Assembly (NCBI GenBank): GCA_019309685.1
Contig: JAFDFT010000001.1
Span: 1 to 62,246, forward strand
Origin: Deltaproteobacteria bacterium
Lineage (GTDB): Bacteria > Desulfobacterota > Desulfobacteria > Desulfobacterales > JAABPS01
DNA: 62,246 nucleotides
Direction: 5' to 3'
Part shown: piece by piece, positions 18,054 through 25,794 of the stretch
Position numbering within the stretch: the first letter of the stretch is position 1
How the letters are laid out: each line of letters begins with the position of its first letter
Notes under the pieces: model-generated
Seen by the model: only the letters and a program-made list of their open reading frames with translations
The model's database searches: none
Told to the model about the DNA's origin: nothing
Position numbers and translations under genes: made by a program

Positions 18054-21000
18054 TCCCTTAAGATTTTGAGTGAAAGTATCCTCTCGTCGATATCTTCAAG
18101 AGCTTGCCCGGCATCCTCTTTCACTTTAACAACTTCGCCGGTTTCGGAGATCTGAACTTCTGATTCATACTTTAAGCCCTTGCCATGCTCGGGCGTGATT
18201 TCTATTTGTTCCCGTTTTAGGAGCGCCTTGGCTTCCTGTGGGGCCTTTTCTGCGACCTTTTCCGTTTTAGGTGTCTCGGGTAGGGCCTTTCTTTGTAAAT
18301 CAGGATAATCTTTAAGGACTGATTCTGGAACGGGTTTGCCCTGGTTAATAGCCGTATGCACAGCGTTTTTGTGAAAGGTATTCTCAGTATAGGACGTTGC
18401 CCCCTTCCGTGGCTTTCCGTGTAGCGATTCATATTCAGAAAGTGTCATTTCCCACGTTTCTTTGCCCTTCTCAGAGGCCGGAGGTTGGACGATCTTTTCT
18501 GCCTTAGTTTTCTCCAATTTATCTGTTGGAGATCTCCAACTTTCTGTTGGATATCCAACAGGTTTTTTCTGTTTTCCCCAGGAAAGCCAGTTCTTAAACT
18601 TCTCAACTGACATTTCAGTAATATCACCAAAGCCCTGCCAGCCTTCTTCATAATTGGCAAGATAACCCTCTTTGGCAGCTTCTTCACTTGAAAAGCCGGT
18701 CATTACCTTGTGCTCGTCAAACTTGCCTGTTCCTGGTTCAACCTGATCAACAATATAAACATTAGGACTTTCAGTATCGGGACCGACAAAGGTATCAATC
18801 TGATCACCGTCTTTGCCTTCGGTACGGTTGAAATATCCGTAATGATGTTTCATTTCGATTGACCATTTTTTCCCGTCAGGAGCAACGCCTTTGCGCTGAG
18901 ATCCTTTCGGGTTTTCAATGGCAATCTCCATGCCCTGAATATGGATTGCCCCTTTTAAATAATTTCCTGCTTGCTTTTGTTTTTCAGATGGGTTAATATC
19001 AACCTTAATTTCTTGATCACCAATTTTAGAGGAAGCTATATGTCTACCATCAGGAAGTATGTCTGTTTTAATTGTGGAATCACTTTTAGTAGAAATTGGA
19101 GTTCCAGGAAAGGTCAAGTCCGCTTTTTCTGTTGCGTCTCTTGCAGAAATTCTTTTGATTGTGGAAGAAAGAGAATCAACGAAACTGATTACAGGCTTAG
19201 GTATAGATACGTCACTCGGAATGGAAAGCCTATGGGTGAGCATCGTTTTGTTATGGAGCAAACCATCGGGCGTCCACTGGCTTCCGACGAGGCCGTTCAT
19301 CACATCAACGGGGATAGTCTTGATAATCGCCCTGAGAACTTGCGGATCGTTGAACGAGGATCTCACAGAAGAAAGTATCATCTGCTGTCTGTCCCGCTTG
19401 AGCGAATTAAAACTCTCAGACTGCAGGGTTTTAGTATTAGAGCGATTGCCAAAAAGATTGGAGTTAGCAAGAACACTATCACCAACAGACTCGTCGACCT
19501 TGGATTTCCTCTCTGTAGGCCGTAATTCAATAGTCGTACCCGCACCCGCAAGAGCTACATCAGTCTTTTTGGGTGCGGGCACTTTCGCTACGCGGCGATC
19601 TGCTTCAGAGATTACAGGCGGTTGCCCTTCGTCTCTTTTCTTTTGTTGTTCCTGGATATCAGTTTTAACGGTAGCCCAATATTTCTCATTTGCTTGCCGT
19701 TCTGCTTCCTCTGCAACTTCGACCTGTTGTAATGTCGTTGGTCTTGCTCCATACTTTTTCCGGCCCTTGGCAATCTCGCCTTCTTTTCGCTGCTGTTCAA
19801 TATTAGCTTCAACGCCCTTCCAGTATTTATCTTCCTCGCGCTTTTCTGTAATGAATTCACCGGCTTGTGTTATTTGTTCCTCGATACCGCCCAGCTTTTC
19901 AACCCGCTGATCTTCCTCTTGCTCCGCTTCAAACTCTTTGATTTTCTCTTGATTACGCCTTCTTGTCTGAAAGTCTGTAGTCGTTGGTTCTTCAACCGTC
20001 GGCTTTTCGGCCTTCGTGGGTTTTGTGGTTGAAAGGACCTCGTTTATTGCGTCGTAAAGAATATCATCTTTCGGTAGGTCTTTAAGCTCGCCTTCTAATT
20101 GTTCGCGAGTAATTTGCCCACCGTCAAGAGCCTCTTTTAATTGCTCTGTTTTCCTGGTCAGGTCGGTTTCTTTCTCGTCTTTATTGGCTTTAAGTTCTCT
20201 TTTATAATCGGCAATAACAAAGGGAGATCCTGCAACCTGGACGCCACCGGTAAGCATAGCACCACCAACGGCTCCCACCTTCATAGCCTTCTTTGCTTTT
20301 TTATGAATCGCCGGAAATTCGTTTAAAACTATCTTGGCTATTTCTGCGCCGGTCTTCTCATGGTTAGCTGCATAGAGATTGGCTATTTCATCAGGATATT
20401 GCTGTAAATATTCCTCTAAGCCTTCACCTGTGATATTGGCACCCAAAACACCTATGAACTGTCTGAGGCGTTTTCCAAAACCCATTTTGGCCCCGGTCTT
20501 GGAAAAGATCGTCTTCAACATTTTGATTTGAAAGATAGATCCGGCCTGTTCCAAAGGTGTATTTATTGCAGAGGTAAGCAGGCCAATTTCCCTTGCAAGC
20601 TCTTTATCAATACCAGCATCAACCAGCTCTTTGCGTTTCTGCCCGTATATCTGATTAAACATCGATATCGTGCCAGCGGGGATATTAAGGGCAGTTAAGG
20701 CCATACCAGGACCGAATCTTGACACACCGCCTGCAGCGGTTTCAATTATTCCTGAGCTACCAGGTAGAGGTTCCGGCAATGTTTCTACCCATTTTTCATA
20801 AGTCTCTATGCTCTCGTCCCTGATTTTTACAGAATAATCTCTTTTTAGGTCCTCGCGTTCCCTGGAAGTTAATGGAGATCCCTTGTCTTTTTCTGCTTGC
20901 CGCAGCTCTTTACCAAAAAGAGCTTTTTCGGTATCTGATAAAACGTTAAATGCAATTTCCGGCTTTCTTAATTCATACGCCTGGCTCGGTCCTTCTTTTT

Positions 21001-21367
21001 TCTTGTATGGCTCAGGTTCGCTTTTTGCATAGCTTTTCATGTGTTCCGCTTCACCTATCGCACCCTGGGCCATATCTCCTAACCCCTGGGCCGCATTGCG
21101 AAACATCTGTGTGCCAACTCTTTTAAATGTGAGTTCTGGGACTAATCCTGTAGCTGGGTCAACTTCGGCATAATCGGACTCTCCTTGTTCTTCGCCTTCG
21201 AACAAAGATTCGCCAAATTCCATGAAGGCACCGGCCATTTGTTTGCCAAGGCCCACAGCCTTTTGAGGCTCTTTCGGCTCAGGTTCTTCCCCTTCCCAGG
21301 TTATCTTTGTTGGATCTATTTCAGGGGGTTCGTTGTACCACGTTATTTTCTTTGGATTAATTGACAT
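18044..21367 (-). CDS. 1107-aa virion-module protein with a C-terminal inorganic-pyrophosphatase-like domain; carries an antisense HNH gene inside it
   Basis: Continuous ORF with an E/K-rich coiled N-part. The C-part IENPKGSQRKG...YGYFNRTEGKDGDQIDTFVGP resembles the PPase core pattern (E-PKGS ... YG-IP-T ... DGDP-D-). Confidence 0.75.
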   Translation of the reverse strand: MSINPKKITWYNEPPEIDPTKITWEGEEPEPKEPQKAVGLGKQMAGAFMEFGESLFEGEEQGESDYAEVDPATGLVPELTFKRVGTQMFRNAAQGLGDMAQGAIGEAEHMKSYAKSEPEPYKKKEGPSQAYELRKPEIAFNVLSDTEKALFGKELRQAEKDKGSPLTSREREDLKRDYSVKIRDESIETYEKWVETLPEPLPGSSGIIETAAGGVSRFGPGMALTALNIPAGTISMFNQIYGQKRKELVDAGIDKELAREIGLLTSAINTPLEQAGSIFQIKMLKTIFSKTGAKMGFGKRLRQFIGVLGANITGEGLEEYLQQYPDEIANLYAANHEKTGAEIAKIVLNEFPAIHKKAKKAMKVGAVGGAMLTGGVQVAGSPFVIADYKRELKANKDEKETDLTRKTEQLKEALDGGQITREQLEGELKDLPKDDILYDAINEVLSTTKPTKAEKPTVEEPTTTDFQTRRRNQEKIKEFEAEQEEDQRVEKLGGIEEQITQAGEFITEKREEDKYWKGVEANIEQQRKEGEIAKGRKKYGARPTTLQQVEVAEEAERQANEKYWATVKTDIQEQQKKRDEGQPPVISEADRRVAKVPAPKKTDVALAGAGTTIELRPTERKSKVDESVGDSVLANSNLFGNRSNTKTLQSESFNSLKRDRQQMILSSVRSSFNDPQVLRAIIKTIPVDVMNGLVGSQWTPDGLLHNKTMLTHRLSIPSDVSIPKPVISFVDSLSSTIKRISARDATEKADLTFPGTPISTKSDSTIKTDILPDGRHIASSKIGDQEIKVDINPSEKQKQAGNYLKGAIHIQGMEIAIENPKGSQRKGVAPDGKKWSIEMKHHYGYFNRTEGKDGDQIDTFVGPDTESPNVYIVDQVEPGTGKFDEHKVMTGFSSEEAAKEGYLANYEEGWQGFGDITEMSVEKFKNWLSWGKQKKPVGYPTESWRSPTDKLEKTKAEKIVQPPASEKGKETWEMTLSEYESLHGKPRKGATSYTENTFHKNAVHTAINQGKPVPESVLKDYPDLQRKALPETPKTEKVAEKAPQEAKALLKREQIEITPEHGKGLKYESEVQISETGEVVKVKEDAGQALEDIDERILSLKILRDCI
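19040..19525 (+). CDS. HNH homing-type endonuclease (161 aa), antisense within 18044..21367
   Basis: SD AGAGGAAG (19028..19035) lies 4 nt before the ATG. Zn ribbon CFNC...CCVSC. HNH core GEHRFVMEQTIGRPL..EAVHHINGDSLDNRPENLRIV. C-terminal HTH IRAIAKKIGVSKNTITNRL. Confidence 0.7.
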   Translation: MSTIRKYVCFNCGITFSRNWSSRKGQVRFFCCVSCRNSFDCGRKRINETDYRLRYRYVTRNGKPMGEHRFVMEQTIGRPLASDEAVHHINGDSLDNRPENLRIVERGSHRRKYHLLSVPLERIKTLRLQGFSIRAIAKKIGVSKNTITNRLVDLGFPLCRP

Positions 21368-21372
21368 AATTT

Positions 21373-22509
21373 TTAATGTTTTGACTCATGATTTTGTTCT
21401 TTTGCATACCCATAAGTACCATCATCGTACTGGACTACCTCTTTGCCGTTTTCATCTACACCCCGTTTAACAATCGTCTTTTGTTGTGGTTTTAAGCTTG
21501 TCGATATAAACTTATCAATTTGATATACGTCTTTAAGTCTTTTGGTTTCTTCTGCATTTTTGATCGGATCATATTTCTTTGTTGGATCCATCCCATCAAT
21601 TGCTTTTATAAAAGCTGTTACCATATTAGCAGCTTTCTTATCGCCCATAAGCTTTTCCATAGCCTGTTCTTCATTAAGACCAGGAACAATGCTTGCCATG
21701 TATTGAGCGTTCTTCTGTAGTGTCGATCTGGTATCTTTGGCCGATATTGAAGCTTTGATCCGCGCGTTTTTCGTTACCAAGGCCGCTGCTCTCATTTCGG
21801 TTTGTAGCTTTTCAATCCTTGCATTATCTTTTGCAATCCCGGCTTTCCCCCACTTTGTAGCCGCGTATGGATTGAGTGAGGATATTCTTGTTTGCGCCTG
21901 CTGAATAAGTTTTTGAGGATTGTTTGAGTCAGCTTCAATCTGAGCAATGTTTTTATTATATTGAGCTTGATTGATCTGGTTGTCAGCTAAGGCTTCGTCA
22001 AGCTTCTCTATCTTTGCCCTTTTCGCTCTTTTGCCGCTTGTGTTAGCAATCGCCCAGGCCTGCACTTCGGGACCAGCTTCACCATGAATAACAGGCCTAT
22101 TCGTTCCTTTGTGAAAGTATTTATACTTGCCTGGTTCATCTTTATTAACATCATAATTCAAATCAGTAGCAAGCTTGTCGATATTAATAGTGCCGTCTTT
22201 ATTCTTATAGAACATAAATTCAGCGCCTTCGGCTGACCGAACAAGATCTGAAGACGATAATTGCCGATTATAAGCCTGTGAAGCTGCAACATCTTCTTTG
22301 CTTTTCAGCTCGCGCCCTGGTTTTTCCTGTTCGTACATTTCGGATGCTCTATCATCGATCACAGATTGACGGCCTATGTCATACTCTTGCTGTCTTCCCC
22401 TCAATCCAAGGCTCTTTAATGCTATATCCGACCGGCTTTTATCCCTACCTAAACCACGAACTGTACGAGATAAAACATCTAAAGCGTGTACGACTTGTTG
22501 ATTACCCAT
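21373..22509 (-). CDS. hypothetical virion-module protein (378 aa)
   Basis: Track ORF, K/Q/A-rich and helical in character. Confidence 0.6.
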   Translation of the reverse strand: MGNQQVVHALDVLSRTVRGLGRDKSRSDIALKSLGLRGRQQEYDIGRQSVIDDRASEMYEQEKPGRELKSKEDVAASQAYNRQLSSSDLVRSAEGAEFMFYKNKDGTINIDKLATDLNYDVNKDEPGKYKYFHKGTNRPVIHGEAGPEVQAWAIANTSGKRAKRAKIEKLDEALADNQINQAQYNKNIAQIEADSNNPQKLIQQAQTRISSLNPYAATKWGKAGIAKDNARIEKLQTEMRAAALVTKNARIKASISAKDTRSTLQKNAQYMASIVPGLNEEQAMEKLMGDKKAANMVTAFIKAIDGMDPTKKYDPIKNAEETKRLKDVYQIDKFISTSLKPQQKTIVKRGVDENGKEVVQYDDGTYGYAKEQNHESKH

Positions 22510-22518
22510 GATCCACCC

Positions 22519-22923
22519 CTACAATTTTTGTGTTATTATTAGATATTGTTTACCATCGCTGGCTGTTCTAAAGCCTGTGATTAAATAACCTGAAAGAAGC
22601 GCTGTAAACAAGGCTTTTTTATTCTTGTTTTCGATATGGCCCATAAGGTGCTTTGCTCCCATCTTCTTAAACGTTTGGTGAAATTCCTTATTGATTTGTG
22701 CCGCCCGCTTTTTGGTCCTGTATTCTGGAAGCATCCCGGTTGCATTGATATAGATTGTGGTGCTGTTGAAAGAAAATCCCGCCGTAAAACCATATGTTTT
22801 AAACTCGTCTTCGGCTGTAAGCATCACCGGAGGCATTAAAATAGGCGCTTGTTTGTCAAAGCACCCAAAGTATAGCTTAGGATAAATCTCTTTAATCTCG
22901 TTATGATTAAGCCGCTTTATCAT
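22519..22923 (-). CDS. hypothetical protein (134 aa), possibly GNAT-like
   Basis: Track ORF. The C-terminal HLMGHIENKNKKALFTALLSGYLITGF is only loosely reminiscent of an acetyltransferase C-terminus. Confidence 0.45.
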   Translation of the reverse strand: MIKRLNHNEIKEIYPKLYFGCFDKQAPILMPPVMLTAEDEFKTYGFTAGFSFNSTTIYINATGMLPEYRTKKRAAQINKEFHQTFKKMGAKHLMGHIENKNKKALFTALLSGYLITGFRTASDGKQYLIITQKL

Positions 22924-24098
22924 TTCGCGTCACTTTCTCCGCCACCAGACCCGTCAATATCGGCACTGATACCGCTAAAATCGTCGTCAAGGTTTTGTGT
23001 CCCGGGTGCTGTTGTATCTGGACCGTCTTCTCGCCCTCCAACGTTCCAGCTACCATCATCCTTATATCCGCCGTATCTGCTATCAAAGTCCACAACACCT
23101 TCCGCGTCCGTTCCTAAAGCTGACATTTCAGAGGGATCAACATCTGCCGCTGCTTGTCGGTCAGCTTGTCGATCAGACTTTCGATCTCCGAAAACGTCAA
23201 CCCCGGCTTCAATAGCGGCCATTTCGTTTTCTATTCCTATTCCTGCCGCTTCATATCCTGGTGTCCCAGGGCCATGCTTATTGTCCGGTCCCCATGGGTC
23301 ACTAATATTAAAATCAGCGTCCCCTTCTCTTTCGGCTTGATTTCTGACTCGCTTTGACAGTCCAAACTTATCCGCCCAGGTAGGATCGTGAGAAATTGCC
23401 TCCAAAACCCCTGGGTCTAAATGTTCAGAGGGTGGAGCCGTGTATGCGGCCATAACATCAGGATCTTTTGAATATTCATCATAATCTTGTGCTTGCGTTA
23501 TTTGATCTTGAACATAGGTATCACCAAAACCAAAACCCTGTTCTGAAAAAACATTTTCAAGCTGCTTTCCTCTGTGTTGCGCATCTGTTGCGGCGTCTAC
23601 TGCTTTATAAAGACCATATCCAGCGCCATATGTCGGGTTCATCATTGCCGGGACTACTCCGCCAAGTCCTGCATTAAGATATGCTCCACCCGCAGCGGCC
23701 AATAAACCTTTCCCGGCAATTTTTTTACCGAAGCTTTCAAGCTCAGGGTTCATATAGTCCCTGCTCATTCGTGCCTGGATAGGGTTTGAGTCAGGCATAT
23801 CTGGCGAGGTAGGGCCTCTGCCTTCGCCTTGCGGATTTGTATCAATTACAGCCCTATCAGGCCTGGTCGGAGCTTCTACTGTCTCGGCTTCCGGTATAGC
23901 CTCATCCGGTATAGCCTCAGCTTCCGGTCTGGACCTTCGCAACCCCAGGCCAACGCCTAATTGTCTTGGATCGATATCACCAGATAGAAGTCTTCGGCTC
24001 CGTCTTCCAGTTATCCCGCCCTTCTGCCTGTTTAATCCTTGCCTTTGCGCAAGAGCAATTATACGCTTTAACATTTCTTCTTTTGATATTGTCTTCAT
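22920..24098 (-). CDS. hypothetical G/D/P-rich (internal virion-like) protein (392 aa)
   Basis: Track ORF with ATGA-type coupling to the downstream gene and acidic low-complexity tails. Confidence 0.6.
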   Translation of the reverse strand: MKTISKEEMLKRIIALAQRQGLNRQKGGITGRRSRRLLSGDIDPRQLGVGLGLRRSRPEAEAIPDEAIPEAETVEAPTRPDRAVIDTNPQGEGRGPTSPDMPDSNPIQARMSRDYMNPELESFGKKIAGKGLLAAAGGAYLNAGLGGVVPAMMNPTYGAGYGLYKAVDAATDAQHRGKQLENVFSEQGFGFGDTYVQDQITQAQDYDEYSKDPDVMAAYTAPPSEHLDPGVLEAISHDPTWADKFGLSKRVRNQAEREGDADFNISDPWGPDNKHGPGTPGYEAAGIGIENEMAAIEAGVDVFGDRKSDRQADRQAAADVDPSEMSALGTDAEGVVDFDSRYGGYKDDGSWNVGGREDGPDTTAPGTQNLDDDFSGISADIDGSGGGESDAK

Positions 24099-24107
24099 AA
24101 TTTTTTC

Positions 24108-24440
24108 CTAAAAAAAGTCCATTATTGCATCATAGATATCGCCCATAGCCCCGGTTTCACTTAAAATATTAAGCCCGAGGTTGGCATATCCGAGATTGTT
24201 TGCCCTGTTCTGGTGCTTTCTTGCATCGTGAGCTGTCTCGTCGTCTATAGCAAGTTGCTTCTCACCTAAAGCAAAGTCCCTATCAGCTTGCGCTTCGCTG
24301 GCTATAAAAGCTTTTTCGGCAAACTCTTTATCTTTCTTTGCTTGCACCCTGGCAGGAAGATAAGGCGTTTGGGCGTTTATAATATCTTCAGCGCTTGACC
24401 TTCTTCTCAACCCCGTAACTGCTCCTATTTGATCGTACAT
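24108..24440 (-). CDS. hypothetical protein (110 aa)
   Basis: Track ORF. Confidence 0.5.
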   Translation of the reverse strand: MYDQIGAVTGLRRRSSAEDIINAQTPYLPARVQAKKDKEFAEKAFIASEAQADRDFALGEKQLAIDDETAHDARKHQNRANNLGYANLGLNILSETGAMGDIYDAIMDFF

Positions 24441-24451
24441 GGCTTGATCTC

Positions 24452-24967
24452 CTATTGTTCCATATCGAGGTAATCAGGAATATCGCCCCTATAATTTTTA
24501 AACCGATGAATTCCCAACGTCCCCAGCCTGTCCATGTCTCTAATACCACGGTTAAGACCGGCATTATCATAGCGGTCATTCATTGTTTCCAGTTCTTCCA
24601 GGATCTTATCGTCCCTTCCCTTCTGTTTGTGTGCCCCATATGACGACAAACCAAGATTGCCTAAGCCAATAGCAAAGGCCTTTTTTCCCTGGCCTTTACC
24701 ATAAGACAAGTCTCTATCAGCCATAGCGACGCGTTTGTCGGACAGGATATTACGCCTTTTTCTTTCTTTTTGCAGAGACTTAAACCCTCTTTCTCTGTTG
24801 GTATTCTGTGTGTTTAGGATCATGCTTTGAATACCTTTCCTCATGTTTTCGGCTGCGAATTCCGGATCTGCCGACACGGTGCTTAAAATCGCCCTGTGCT
24901 CAGGCCTTAAAGTCATAATCTTTTGTCGTGCTCTCTGGTATCTTGGATTGTTGGCCCAGGATCTCAT
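24452..24967 (-). CDS. hypothetical protein (171 aa)
   Basis: Track ORF. Confidence 0.55.
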   Translation of the reverse strand: MRSWANNPRYQRARQKIMTLRPEHRAILSTVSADPEFAAENMRKGIQSMILNTQNTNRERGFKSLQKERKRRNILSDKRVAMADRDLSYGKGQGKKAFAIGLGNLGLSSYGAHKQKGRDDKILEELETMNDRYDNAGLNRGIRDMDRLGTLGIHRFKNYRGDIPDYLDMEQ

Positions 24968-24970
24968 TGT

Positions 24971-25285
24971 TTAGCTCCCTTTTTGAAGTTGGATATTTCT
25001 TATTTGTTCAAGCGCTTTTTCAACAGCCTTTAAGGTGTCTTTAAGATCTCGATATCTTTTCCTTATTATTTCAGGCATTTTCGTTTCGTCTGTGCCGTAT
25101 TGCTTTTCTATATCATATATTTGAGTTGCCGTATCGTTCCGAATATCCCTGTTGATTTTATAATCAAGCCTTAAGTTGGTGGCATGAAGTTCGGAGGCTT
25201 TCGCAAGATATTTTTCAGCGCCAACAACAGCGGTTACGATACTGATAAGAATAACGACTGAGCCTAAAACAGTTTTAATATTCAT
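24971..25285 (-). CDS. single-pass membrane protein (104 aa from the internal ATG)
   Basis: MNIKTVLGSVVILISIVTAVVGA TM segment. GAAGGG SD precedes the internal ATG of track ORF 24971..25327. Confidence 0.5.
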   Translation of the reverse strand: MNIKTVLGSVVILISIVTAVVGAEKYLAKASELHATNLRLDYKINRDIRNDTATQIYDIEKQYGTDETKMPEIIRKRYRDLKDTLKAVEKALEQIRNIQLQKGS

Positions 25286-25298
25286 CTTGTTTCCCTTC

Positions 25299-25619
25299 TT
25301 AGGTATGATTTTCCAACATGCCCTCAATCCTACCTAAAGCCCGGCTCATCTTCTCTTTCCATATCGAATCTTCCCTCCGGGCTAACTCTCGTTTACCGTC
25401 CATTTCTTTCATATCTTTTCTAAAACCGTCGAATTTATCGCATATAGATTTATCAAGTTTAACGTGCGAATCTTTACACTCACCTTTAGTAACGTACACT
25501 GAAATACCATCCTTTTTATATAAAGCTGTTCTTAAACTGCCCTGGTTTTTGCGAACTTGCCACCACACAAAAGCCATCATTCCTGCCAAGACTAATCCTA
25601 TTATGTCAGTTCCACTCAT
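25299..25619 (-). CDS. single-pass membrane protein (106 aa)
   Basis: N-terminal TM segment IIGLVLAGMMAFVWW. Confidence 0.5.
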   Translation of the reverse strand: MSGTDIIGLVLAGMMAFVWWQVRKNQGSLRTALYKKDGISVYVTKGECKDSHVKLDKSICDKFDGFRKDMKEMDGKRELARREDSIWKEKMSRALGRIEGMLENHT

Positions 25620-25789
25620 TTCGAATTCCCCAATTTTTCTTTTGTGACAACCCCGCTGCCATTACAAAATTCACATGGTTCTTTTATTGCTGTTATTCTA
25701 TCCGCATAGTAGCAAATTTTACCATTTAAGATTTTCTCTACGATATGTTCCCCTTCGCAGACAGGGCAAGTTTCCAGTTCTGTTTCCAC
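25616..25789 (-). CDS. 57-aa zinc-ribbon micro-protein (GTG start)
   Basis: Hand translation VETELETCPVCEGEH...EPCEFCNGSG (CxxC...CxxC). Fills the gap between the 990-aa gene and 25619, and its TGA overlaps the next ATG. Confidence 0.35.
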   Translation of the reverse strand: METELETCPVCEGEHIVEKILNGKICYYADRITAIKEPCEFCNGSGVVTKEKLGNSK

Positions 25790-25794
25790 TCAAT

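Noticed and set aside
19059-19910. 283-aa plus-strand ORF overlapping the HNH gene and the virion ORF.
   Set aside because: S/L/C/F-rich nonsense composition, no SD, and it lies antisense to an E/K-rich (GAA/AAG) region that naturally lacks antisense stops.
22903-23340. 145-aa plus-strand P/S-rich ORF.
   Set aside because: It is antisense to the G/D-rich 392-aa gene and is a low-complexity mirror product.
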